DNA of 64,000 nt from Saccostrea echinata (lineage: Eukaryota), in assembly GCF_033153115.1 (NCBI RefSeq), contig NW_026889795.1:7750001-7814000 (forward strand). The letters are read 5' to 3'. This document shows, in pieces, positions 40,501-52,712 of this stretch. Made by a program: the position numbers and the translations under genes. Under the pieces are notes generated by a model. That model did no database searches, was not told the DNA's origin, and was given only the letters and a program-made list of their open reading frames with translations. Numbering within the stretch: the stretch's first letter is position 1; every line of letters starts with the position of its first letter.

Positions 40501-43500
40501 AATTTGAAAGAAATGTTTAATCTTCATTGTGAGATTTATTTTTAAACCAATACGTAACCTCTGAAATTAAAGTTCAGAAAGATCTCCTGAAAATTGTCAC
40601 GTGAAGTGGGAACGTCTACAGGATTTGTATTACTATGTTGTGATGATGCCCTTAGATCCACCACAGATAGACATTTCGTGTATGGCTCCCTTTTAGCCAT
40701 CGTTATAAGACTACAAATAAATGTTCATATCAATAGAATAATATAACTGTCCTTGAACATTGACTGATACAACGAGAACTCTTAATTATCTCAAATTATT
40801 TCACAATTTGCTTCATTTTTCATGGCGTCTTTTTAGTTCCAATATGGAAAGATAACTAGGAATTTGATAAAACTATATTTAACATAGTATAAATCTTGTC
40901 TATTTGTTCTGACGCTGCATTTGTCATTAAGCAGCGATATGAGGTTTAAAAGTGAGTGTCCTTATACGAAAGCATAACATAATAATAATAAAATAAATAT
41001 GACGTTTTAAACAAATCAAACAGCTTGCTAGAACTAGAATTATATTTGAAAAATTTTGGGGGATTTTGTAGAGGAAAAAAACGGTTATCGTTTGAAAATA
41101 ATTAACTTTCATGTGCATGATGAGATTTATCAAATGGTGGAAACTGTGATCGCACTTTAATAACACGATCATTTGTTGAGCATTGAAATCACCAAAATTA
41201 TGTTCTACACTTGTACACTTTTTGTTGCGTGATGACGTCACAATATACCTCCAGTGACAATTGGTCATAACACAAGGTTCCCGCTCTGAGCATTCCCTCT
41301 CTTCTGTGTCAGGTAAATCATCTTCTGCTTCATTGTAATGAAGCTGTGCAAAGCTTACATTTGGTTTCACTGGATTCTGTCAAATAAAGATACATGCATC
41401 ACCAAATACGATAAATACGATAAAAAAACAAAGCCAGACGTTAAAATTTATAAATATAGTGAGACAATTCGTACATTTTTGCCTCATTCATTTTTTACAT
41501 TGATTTTAAAACATGGAAAAACGTCACGAAAAACAATCTCGCCCGTTCTAGCTAACAAGATCACTGTCCTATAAACTTTCGAACAGAAATTTCTATTTGT
41601 AAACAAAGATCAAGAGTGAGTACTTGGTGGAATTTCTTGAACACCCTCCCCCCCCCCCCGGTTTCATGTCTGCGTTCGTTGAAGGATCATTGCAACTTCG
41701 ATATGTGACGTGCCAAGTAATGTCCTTTAAATCAATGAAATAAATAAAGTTTATAAACATTTACTTACATGATTGTAATCCATTACTTCTGTTGTTTCTA
41801 CGCGTATCCAGTAGTTTCCAGGAGTGTTATTTGCGTATAAAATGACGTCATAGCTTTCTCCGGGGCTAATGAGGAGGAAATCGATGTAAATTGGGGCCAG
41901 GTCACCTCCATCTGTATCGGTCAGTAACAGTTTGTGCTGTAGATATTAAAATGCATGCTGTAAACTTTGATTACAGAAGTATTTTCAATAATAAATACAT
42001 ATTTATTTTTATGCAACCTTTAGGTTTAAAAATGTTCATGCAGGTTTAACTATATCATAACCTAAGATTAAATTATAGGAAGTAAAAAAAATCATACACA
42101 AAGGAAACAGTTTAAATATTTTAAAAGTTCTGTAAAATATGCATACTACAAAGATCATCAATGCATATTCTAAGGTGAAATAAATCTAACTGTTGTTTTT
42201 GCTTTGTTTTTTTTTTTTTTAAGAATTAACCTTATCAATGGAAATTTTGTATTCTCCTGTCATGCCCGAGTTAATGACTCGGAATCTGGTATAGCTGTTA
42301 GAGGCTACATTGAATATCTCCAGTGGTATCGCACGCTGTTGCTCTGAGCTGTCATCTGAAACTGAAAGTATATTATACTCTTATCAAAAGGGTTTTATAA
42401 TAGGATTTCTCCTGTCCGTTTACAACAATAATAAACTACATCGTGTAAGCTAGTCATGATCAAATAGTATTGGCATGGAGGGTAATTCTTGGTACATTAG
42501 TACAAATTGTGTGGTTAACGCAAAATATTCCTATTGGTATTCTATGTATAAATAACCCCCAGTCGGTAGGTGGAGACTATTTTGCAATACCAGTCTTAGA
42601 ATTTTTTTTTTTGTGCTTAGTAGAAATATAAATATAAAGACATTGGTACTCCACAAGTATATTTTTTCGCGTTTTAGGTGTGAATACGCCCACGCGTATA
42701 ACAGTATTACAATATCAACATTACATGGAAATAAATACCATCTAAGGATTGCAATGCAGTGTATCCCTAGTCGAAGGATACTAACGAACAGTATTTCTTT
42801 GCTTATTAGCTTACAGTATCTAGTTTACCCGCTCAAAGGAGTTTTGTAAGGAATCCTAATATATTATCACGAAATTCATTTAATTTTATTATCTCATAAA
42901 TATCTAACATATCACTGGATCGTATTTTGCCTGACACATTTTATATGAATTATTAGACATTCGATTTAATACTGCATTGGACTTCGTAATGCACCATTTA
43001 CCTGATCAATACGCAATTGCAAGGCTCAGGGAAGGTATGCTTACTCCTCCTTGGCACTTGATCCCAAGTCTAGAATTTCACTGCGTCAGTATTTGGTGCT
43101 GTGCTTACAGGTTTGTCTTGTTTGTAAGGCATTTTAAAGATCCATATCTGTTCATTATCTTCATCTTTTTCATTCTATTTTTTTTAGTAACTCGTTTTCC
43201 CAGTCAGAGCATTATAGTTGGGTATTGTGATTTAGTATCACGATGTGTATTTAATTGTTTCTATACCTACAGTATTTCGTTTTCCCGTTCATCAAAGCAT
43301 TATTATAAGGTACTGTCAAGTAATATCACGGTGTGTATTTAATCAGTTGATTCGATACGCAAGAGCATGCTCTACGTATGTACAATATCTAAAACGAGGT
43401 AAATTATTGACAAATAAGTTGATGAAACAAGAATATCAGCTGTCTCGTTTAAAGTCATCATTTCGTAAGTTCTATGGTCGATACAATGACCTTGTCAGCA

Positions 43501-46210
43501 AATACAATTTATCATTGAGTCAAATGCTGACTGACGTTTTTTATACTAATTGTTAGGCCATTATTTACACACTGAATTTCGACGGATTTTTCCGTTATTT
43601 CCCGATCATGACAAGGAGCACACGGCGGGTGTGACCGGTCGGCAGGGGATGCTCACTCCTCCATGGCACCTGATCCCACCTCTGATGTTTGGAGGTCCGT
43701 GTTTGCTCTGCTCCTATTTTGTATTGTATAATGGACTTTTGAGCTTGAATACTGTTCGTTATCTCCATATATTTCACTTACAATATTTCGTTTTCCGGTT
43801 CACCAAGGCATTATTATAAGGCATTGTCAAGTAATTTCTCGGTGTGTATTTAATTGTTTCTATACTTACAATATTTCATTTTCTCATTTACCAGGGCATT
43901 ATTATAAGGCATTGTCAACTTACATCACCGTGTTAATTTTATTGTTTCTATACGTACAATATTTCGTTTTTCCAGTTAACCAGGGCCTTAAGCAGCTCTG
44001 TTTAGGCTGCATAAAGAGGGCGGAGCCTAATTTATACGGGAAAAGTTTACTGTGACATCACACAAATATAGCAATTCCTCGCAATAACAGAAAATGAAAC
44101 AATTTGCGAATCTAAACTGCACAAGAGTAATGAACTACATCAAAACTTACCACTGCATTCATTTTTGTCGCTAGTTAAATCCCACACAGCAAGATATAAA
44201 CAAGTCACTGATCGCAATGCACTTGTCGACATGACGTCATCATGGTAAAGTTTGACGGATCAAGTAATTTTTCACAGTGAAAAATGCATTTTATTATTAA
44301 AGAGAATATTATTTGAAAATCTTAGGTAGACCATTAATACAAATCTGAAACGTTTGTTTAGTGCCATTCTTTAAAAAATATCGAGAGAATGTGTTGAATT
44401 AATTCTACCGTGTTTTTGTCTACAGAGTGTGCATGTTTCATGCTGAGGTGCCTCATTAAATCACATTTTCGCAAGGGCATACACTTAATAGATCTTGACC
44501 ATTTTTTGAATACACATAATGGACATATTCCTTAACTTGAAAGGTGCTGCTACTTCCCTGAAATCGATAGCATAACTTGATAAATACATAAAATACTTGG
44601 TTTCGACATTAGCAAGATAACTTGAAATTTAAACTAATAAAATGCGAATTCTATTTAAAGCAGCAGGACTTTCCATAAACTACAAGTTATGTAGAAAAAA
44701 TCTATTACTTTAATTTTTAATTTTAACTAGGGTATGCCCTTGCGATATTGAAATTTGTTTGTGACCTACATACAGTACACATTACATGCATTTATCACGT
44801 GACTATCAAATAACGTGACCAAACCAAATTCAGTACAGAGCGGTGTATATAATGTTATTTCAAAGAATGTTAAAGTCATAAGATAATATAGTACCATTAC
44901 AAAATTAAAATTCATTTTAAAAAGGTATGTATTTATGCACGTTTATATTCTGTTGATTTCTTCGAAGTACGCCTTAACAGTGCTGCGTATTATAAAGCCC
45001 TACCAAGAAATATCACGGTGTTTATTTCATTGTTTCTATTCTAACAATATTTTGTTTTCCGGTTCACCAGGGCATTTTTATAAGGCATTGTCAAGTAATT
45101 TCTCGGTGTGTATTACATTGTTTCTATACGTACAATATTTCGTTTTCCCGTTCACCAGGGCATTATTATAAGGCATCGTCAGACTGGATAGAGACCCGTC
45201 ATAGGTAAGCTTCGTCTGGAGACACTCATCTGAATCCATATTCTTTACAAACCTTTTATTAAAATTTAAAGTAAGAATATTCTTAATGTTTAATTATGAT
45301 CTAAAATGCAACACTATGGATAATTTTGTGTACCCTTTTATTTTTTATTTGTCAAGAATAGATGTCAATGTGTATATGATACATGTAAATGTACAAGATG
45401 TCATCGTGTAAATGATACATGTAAATGTACAAGATGTCATCGTGTATATGATACATGTAAATGTACAAGATGTCATTGTGTATAAAATACATGTAAATGT
45501 ACAAGATGTCATCGTGTATATGATACATGTAAATGTACAAGATGTCATCGTGTATATGACACATGTAAATGCACAAGATGTCATCGTGTTTATGATACAT
45601 GTAAATGTACAAGATGTCATCGTGTTTATGATACATGTAAATGTACAAGATGTCATCTTGTATATAATACATGTAAATGTACAAGATGTCATCGTGTATA
45701 TGACACATGTAAATGTACAAGATGCCATTGTGTATATAATACATGTAAATGTACAAGATGTCATTGTGTATATGATACATGTAAATGTACAAGATGTCAT
45801 CATGTATATGATACATGTAAATGTACAAGATGTCATCGTGTATATGATACATGTAAATGTACAAGATGTCATCGTGTAAATGATACATGTAAATGTACAA
45901 GATGTCATCGTGTATATGATACATGTAAATGTACAAGATGTCATCGTGTATATGATACATGTAAATGTACAAGATGTCATCGTGTATATGATACATGTAA
46001 ATGTACAAGAATCATTAATAAATCAAGGTTTTCCGGGAAGCATAATGAAAAATTCAATTAGGAAAACTAGACCTTGTTAATCCATGGCTTTATTATTTTT
46101 TTATTATCTCCTTGCAGGTTTCTTCAATTTTACACAACAGAGATCAGAAGAAATACATGTATATTCTTCCTGTGGACAAACAATTAGACAAAACTTTGTT
46201 TTAGAGTATA

Positions 46211-46281
<71 letters not shown>

Positions 46282-46498
46282 ATGTGATTACTTCGAAATC
46301 ATGTGAAACATGTATAAGATAATTATACACACATTCAACCATCAAACTACTTACCCCCCTCTTTCATCGTCTGTCTTTCTCTCTCTCTCTCTGAGTTTTG
46401 GATTACTTCGAAATCATGTCATAATGGTATAATATATACCTTCATTCATCCATTTACCAATCCATCTACTTACCGCTGCTTCTTTCTCTCTCCGCCTC

Positions 46499-46549
<51 letters not shown>

Positions 46550-49500
46550 CTACTTACGGTAACATATACCACTCCTGAAATTTTACTAGCTGGAGGTCAC
46601 TCTCGGGGTATGTCCAGTCTTGTACCATGAATACAAAATCGTCATCAGCTTTGGGAACATCATTTCTCTGTGGAAGATATACACGTAGGGATACCAAGTT
46701 ATTTGATTCTTTGGAGATAAGCTTTGCTTTCTTTATGATTTATATTATGTTGAAGAAATTGAGATCATACTATCTTATCAATTTAAATTATCTGAGGTTT
46801 TTTCATTACGTTATTAAGTTCGATTGGATTAAATGCCTGTTCTTCTCAGTAAATGGATTAAGTTGGATTGGTTAATTTGTTCAGATTGATTAGGTTACAA
46901 AGGTAAACTTGCTCTTGCAGTTGAATTAGGTTACATAGAATTTCCTCAGTACGTTTGAGCTAATGGGTGATTCTGTTCAGTAGGATTGGGCTATGTAGGT
47001 TTTGTGGATTTGTTCAGTTAAATTGGATTAGGTTACATAGGTGTATTTGTTCAGTTAGATTGGGCTGCAGACTTAAGGATCTTTTTTTGTTGTTGTTGTT
47101 TGGTTGGATTGGGCTACATAGGTGAATCTGTTCAGGTGAATTATGCGACATAGGTGAAATTGTTTAATTAGATTTGGCTATATTCATGATATTGGTGAAG
47201 TTGTTCAGTTGGATTTAGCTACATAAGTGCAGCTTGTTCAGTTGCATTAGGTTTCATAGCTTTGATTAAACTACATTAGTGTGTTTCTCCGTTGGATAAT
47301 CAGAAAGATATATAGTACACTGTACTCAGTTGGGTTAGAATATTAGTAACTTAATTAATCACCTCATTTCCTTTCCGAGGAAGGACAATAAAAGCACCTG
47401 CAAGGCCCATCGACCTCATAACACCGTGGTGTGCATGATACCAGTGTGTTCCCTGAGGATTAGCTGTGAACCTTAAATAAATCAAACAATTCATATTCCA
47501 TGTATTGCTCGTTAGTTAGTCATATTCTTCACGATATTAAAAAGAACATTCAAAATATGCATATTCAATTCGAAAGACGTCTCTAAAACACATAAAACAT
47601 AAGTCCTTTGGTATAATGAAAGATAAGTTCTGAAATGTTCAACTTCATTCATTTGGAAGATATTATAAAGGTAAAGATAAAATAGCATCAGTATTTTTCT
47701 TTATGAAGAAGCTGAAGATAACAAACAAAATAATACTAACAACACGAACCTTTGAACATGGTGAACATGTTTATATGGGCCGCAATATATATAAAATTCA
47801 TTTGTTATGTTGCGTACTAACGTACAATCTCCCAAAGGATCATGCAATAAATGTATGGCTGAAATACTTACACATAATTCAATAAAATAGCTTTTTTGTA
47901 ATGTACTTAAACTCTCCAACGGGATCATGCAATGAATGTATGAATGACATCAACACATGTCGGTAAAATAGATTTGTGTATTACGTATTAAAACTCTCCC
48001 AAGAGATAAAGCAATAAATAAATGAATGAAATACTAATAAAAAGTTATATACTAAAACTCTCCCAAGTACTGTTTGTATGACTGAAATACTCACAAATAA
48101 GCTATGTACTAAAACTCTCCCAAGTAATATTTGTATGACTTAAAACTTACAAATAAGTTATGTACTAAATCTCTCCCACGGTATAACATAATGAATGTAT
48201 GACTAAAACACTTACAAAAAAGTTATGTACTAGTCTAAAACCTTCCTAAGCAATGTTTGTATGACTGAAAAACTTACAAATAAGTTATTAACTAACACTC
48301 TCCCAAGCAATGTTTGTATGACTGAAAAACTTACACTTACAAATAAGTTATGTATAACTACTCTCCCATGGGGCCAAGCATTGAGTGTTTGACTGAGATA
48401 CTTACAAATAAGTAAACATCTGCCCCGGAAGTATCGGGCATTGTGTAACCATGGAGACACCATCCATATAAACAGAACCGTTCTGGGACATACCATGCCA
48501 GTGAAAGGTCACAGCCTCGTTTGCAAGGTCATTGTAAACATGAATTTTTACCTGAGAACAAAATCTGACACATTTTCTACTTTCACAGGACATATTCCTT
48601 TCATCTTGTAATCACTTAAATATAAATTTTGTTCGACAAAATTTGTCTTCGTTGTGATTTAAAAAAAGATGAATTCATTTTTAAGTTTATAATTCAAAAG
48701 TGTTTCAAACAGCACAATATCAACGAATTAGAGTTTCCACAACCATCTAAGTTTAGATTTAGAAAATACCATCGTCAAGGAACCAAGAAAGGTACATGTG
48801 TAAATTTTGAAAATTAGAAATTTAAAATTTTTAGAAACTTTTAATTTTTATAATAGAATTTGCATATTCTGCTTTCACTTCAATATTGCTCAGTTCGAAG
48901 TGATATAAGCAATTGCTTGCAATAGTAAATTTTCTACTTTCTTTTTTTTTCCAATTTAGTCACCATCGGATTGAAGTTCTGGAATTACATCATCAAGAAA
49001 TATAGCCTGTTTACTTACTCTTTGATTTTCATAAGCGGAAATCGTTGGTCCCGGAAACTGATTGTTGATGGCGAACATGAATCTGTAGTTGCCGTCAGCA
49101 GTTATTACTTCTTCCATTTCTAGCAATAAAACGATAGACATTAAGGAACATACACAACAAATTATAGTGTAGAGTTCTCTATGTTACAAACGATTATCAT
49201 TAAGTAACATACCACAACGTATTATAGTGTAGAGTACTCTATGTTACAAATGATAATCATAAAGTAACATACCATAACGAATTATAATGTAGAGTACTCT
49301 ATGTTACAAACATACCACAACGGATTATGTACAATACTCTATGTTACAAAACGATGTTGTTTATTAACATCAGTTCTCCATTAGGGTATACATGTATCAA
49401 CTTTTCAAGAGTAATCTCTACACGTATAGCTCCCGCCACATACAATTTTGTAGTATTTATCTAAACATTATAACTGTGACCAAATGACGTTGACCTATCC

Positions 49501-50442
49501 AGAAAACCTTGAACAATATTTATGGCTGTTTATGTTGGACAGAAGCTTTTGATATTTCTATGATACCCTGTGTTTTATAACGAATGAAGAAAACAAGAGG
49601 ATTAACAAAATAAGTACATTATATCATAGCATTGTTTGCAGGGGATGATGTTTAACAAGCATTCTATCATGGGAATTTTTTTCTTCTTTCAAATGGAAGC
49701 CCACTGCTACAACACAAACCATTGCATATTGAACATTACTTTTTACCCTCGCCAAGAGACATATTAGCGTAAAAAGGTAATTTGCTAATTTCCACATATT
49801 AAGGAAAAAATGATGCTTAATGCCTAAGGATTAAGATAAATATAGATTTTCAAAAATCATTAGTTGAAGAACCGAATGATATTCTTGGGTCCAAATTCGG
49901 AATACATATTTATTTTGCATAATACATCCCATATGAGTCAAGCAAAAGTTACATATATGACATAGAGTTACAATACACATTTTAAAATGGCTTTATAGCA
50001 CAAGGTTAAATCATGTATTTTCTGATCCTGGAAGAGGGTTTTTTTTTTTTTTTTGGTTTTTATACTCGTCTCTTTTACATAGTTGGTCTGCAATTTTTAA
50101 AGAAGAAAATACTGTAGTAAATAATTTTGAACCAAACAATTTGTTATAGATGATCTTACCTTCAGAGGTAACCGGTTTTTCTTCACAAAGATGGGCCACC
50201 CCATGTTCAGCGTCTGAGGTTTTTTTCATGAAAGTCCCATTTCTGAGGAAAACTGGGTTCCCTTCGTCGATCGTCCAGTTATAGGCTACCATGGTCATAA
50301 TGTAATTAACACGTAGGATAAAGGTACATTCCTCGGCGGAATCCGGACAACTGGGTGTCACATCATGTTTAAAAGCAGACTCAACTCCAGCGATTATAAT
50401 AAATAGGTGAAACGTATTTAGAAACTTTTTACAGACAAGCAT
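37592..50442 (-). CDS. Membrane-anchored laccase-like multicopper oxidase, 15 coding exons, ~800 aa
   Basis: Exons 50160-50442, 49019-49119, 48406-48551, 47363-47471, 46558-46667, 45134-45252, 42231-42361, 41769-41936, 41249-41376, 40559-40710, 40374-40444, 39993-40131, 38286-38567, 37938-38156 and 37592-37836. Total 2403 nt, all GT-AG and phase-compatible. Signal peptide; HWHG, WYHAH, HPIHLHG and [12 protein letters not shown] Cu motifs; C-terminal [25 protein letters not shown]; AATAAA at 37325-37330. Confidence 0.93.
38823..39902. mobile_element. Helentron/Helitron-N2-type element with ~5 diverged Cg170-like units, in laccase intron 12
   Basis: CAAGAGGCCCAGGGGCCAC...CACCTGAG start, (GTGGCC)CC(A/G)CCCTA units, terminal TGATCAGAAAGCTCACTTGAGCCTTCAGCTAAGGTGAG. 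Confidence 0.8.
42975..43165 (+). mobile_element. Penelope-like 3' end fragment
   Basis: GGTATGCTTACTCCTCCTTGGCACTTGATCCC motif. Confidence 0.6.
43341..43776 (+). mobile_element. 5'-truncated Penelope-like (possibly Naiad-type) retroelement: RT C-terminus + 3' UTR
   Basis: Encodes [66 protein letters not shown], then the conserved GGGGATGCTCACTCCTCCATGGCACCTGATCCCACC UTR. No endonuclease follows the RT. Confidence 0.75.
43991..44987. mobile_element. ~1-kb non-autonomous TIR element, TA TSD
   Basis: TA|AGCAGCTCTGTTTAGGC ... GCCTTAACAGTGCTGCG|TA. Interrupts one 88-bp unit at GGGC(C/A)TTA; a second family member ends at 59717. Confidence 0.8.
45361..46009. repeat. 36-bp minisatellite x ~18 in laccase intron 5
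   Basis: Unit GATGTCATCGTGTATATGATACATGTAAATGTACAA, highly homogeneous. Confidence 0.97.
46214..46278. repeat. (CT)n microsatellite
   Basis: About 32 CT units; another (CT)n tract at ~46499-46546. Confidence 0.95.
46815..47345. repeat. Degenerate ~38-bp tandem repeat filling most of laccase intron 4
   Basis: Recurrent TTGTTCAGTT(G/A)GATT(A/G)GG(T/C)TACATAGG. Confidence 0.75.
47790..48413 (-). repeat. ~56-65-bp tandem array starting at the laccase exon-3 donor
   Basis: Minus ACTTATTT|GTAAGT...CAGTCA...TGGGAGAG...TACATA. Donor copies at ~48405 (true), 48340, 48277, 48215, 48150, 48094 and 47871; copies decay away from the exon. Confidence 0.85.
49120..49355 (-). repeat. ~60-bp tandem array ending at the laccase exon-2 acceptor
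   Basis: Plus unit ACATACCACAACG(T/A)ATTATAGTGTAGAGTACTCTATGTTACAAA(C/T)GAT.ATCAT.AAGTA x ~4. The last partial copy is the true acceptor region. Confidence 0.8.
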
Positions 50443-51639
50443 CTTAGCATTATCCTACAATCGTAGTGTGATGATTGTGCTGAGAAACTGACTCCTTTTA
50501 TCGACAGTATCAAAGCAAATGAGCTTTTGATATAACGAATTAATGTGTTTTGTACATGAATAGAGTGCAAAGATATCAGTGAGTGTAAATTCAATTAAAC
50601 AATAAGGTTCATTCTTAAATATACATTTATATTATAATTAGCCGGATTTTATACTCCCTTTTACTATAATACCTCAATTGTTTTCATTCACGTTCTCAAT
50701 TCATACATACATACATTTAACTTCCCACTTTTGTTAAGTTTTATAACAAATATGGACTCTGCATCATTTGGAGGTCAAATATTTTTTTTCTATAATATGT
50801 AGAATATTCTAAGTGCAAATTGTTCATTTTAGGAACATTAAACTGTCGATTAAATGTATATTTAAAAGTGTGTCACATTCTTTTTATGCTGGTTTATGTT
50901 GCCACAAAAGCTAAGTCTCTCTGTCTAACTTCGACCTCTGTAACCAATTACTACGTGATTTTTTGATCGTTCTCTTCTTTGTTTTGTAATGTTTTCGTCA
51001 ATAATTATTACTTTAGTTGTCAATAATTTTAATTCATAGTAATTTGATACAAAATGTGTAAATAAAATTCATACAATTCATTCAGTGTAGACTGAACTGA
51101 GAAATCAAAGTGAATTTTTATCTTTAGTTTTAAGAAAGTTTAAATATGTATACTGTTTAAAAACATTATTTCTATCAAACTTCAAGTGCCTAGACAACAA
51201 TTAATTCTTAATTTTTATACGCCTATCTTGTTATTCTTTATTCGTTATTCCTAAAATTAAACAGTAGTTTATGTTACATCTTAACATTTCTGCAGAAGTC
51301 TAGAAGCCGTATTTCAAAATTAAATAAGAAAAAAATGTCAGCGAAATGAACAATTGTAACCTAGGATTCTCAATACTTACAATGATAAATTTATTAAGGA
51401 TTTATTAGGTAGAATTATTATTCTTTAAATTATAGCTCTCTTTATTATAGTTTTTTTCTTTATTATAGTTATGGAAAATAAAGCATATTGCACTGTTAAA
51501 TGCTGACTAAGTAAATCAGTTAAAAATTAGATCTTTTCTTGTCATTAAGGAAGTCAAATAACAAATGAAAGTTCAGCAATAGTAAGTTAAGCCTTTCCTG
51601 CTTTTCCGGTGAGCTATGCTGTGCGTCATTTTCTTGTCG

Positions 51640-52250
51640 GCCCCTACTTGCCTGTATTCTATTTACCCTTGTCCTGTATCAAATTTCCCTTTACGTGTTC
51701 ACACTGCCCTTGTTTTACCTGTATTCTATCTATCCTTGTCCTGTATTAAATTTCTCTTTACGTGTTCACACTGCCCTTGTTTTACCTGTATTCTATTTAC
51801 CCTTGTCCTGTATTATGTTTCTCTTTACGTGTTCACACTGCCCCTGCTTTGCCTGTATCATATTTACCGGTATCGTTGTCCTGTATTATGTTTCTCTTTA
51901 CGTGTCCACACTGCCCATATTTGCCTGTATTCTATTTACCCTTGTACTTTATTATGTTTCTCTTTACGTGTCCACACTGCCCATATTTGCCTGTATTCTA
52001 TTTACCCTTGTCCTTTATTATGTTTCTCTTTACGTGTCCACACTGCCCCTATTTGCCTGTATTCTATTTACCCTTGTCCTGTATTATGTTTCTCTTTACG
52101 TGTTCACACTGCCCCTGCTTTGCCTGTATTATATTTACCGGTATCTTTGTCCTGTATTATGTTTCTCTTTACGTGTTCACACTGCCCTTGTTTTACCTGT
52201 ATTCTATTTATCCTTGTCCTGTATTATATCTCTCTTAACCTGTCTACACA
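51640..52250. repeat. ~67-bp minisatellite x ~9 upstream of the laccase start codon
   Basis: Unit CCTGTATTCTATTTACCCTTGTCCTGTATTATGTTTCTCTTTACGTGTTCACACTGCCCTTGTTTTA, with 66- and 73-bp variants. Confidence 0.95.
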
Positions 52251-52712
52251 CCATTTTTATCTTTGTCGAAATGATATTTTGATTTCTCATTAGTATTTGC
52301 ATTAATGTTGAAAAAAGAAACTTTTTTTATGTTATATGCATTGTTTGAAGATGTGTGTTTGATAATATTGAGATATTTATGTCATCCATGTAGGGTAATA
52401 GGAAAATGAATATCATTTGCTATTTTTAGAGAATCCTAGAAGAAAATACAAATAGTAACTGGAAAGTAAATATTCTCGAATTTCTTAACTGGAGTGGTTA
52501 TTGTTAATGGCGTATCATAAAATTCAATCCTTTTTATACAATATGCTTTTCTAAGTTGCACATATTAATTTAATCATTTTAATATGGCGCGAAATACTGC
52601 CAATTCTGGTACGACTTTTAATGTTCCTTCTGCAGAGAAAATGTGCTTAAAAGTTTACTATCGTACATAATGTTGACCTGTTTTCAAACTCTTATTGTCC
52701 GAGAAAATGATC

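Larger units (their letters stand above)
43190..45176 (-). repeat. 88-bp tandem array from the laccase exon-6 3' end plus donor, ~7 copies, split by two TE insertions
   Basis: Minus unit ATGCCTTATAATAATGCCCTGGTGAACGGGAAAACGAAATATT|GTACGTATAGAAACAATGTAATACACACCGAGAAATTACTTGACA. Donor positions at 45133 (true), 45045, 43957, 43869, 43781 and 43270. Confidence 0.88.

Noticed and set aside
45345-46080. Long repetitive ORFs (211, 218 and 155 aa)
   Set aside because: By-products of a 36-bp minisatellite inside laccase intron 5; open on both strands.
51616-52293. Three overlapping Cys/hydrophobic ORFs
   Set aside because: Translations of a pyrimidine-rich ~67-bp minisatellite; open in all three frames, with no splice or homology support.
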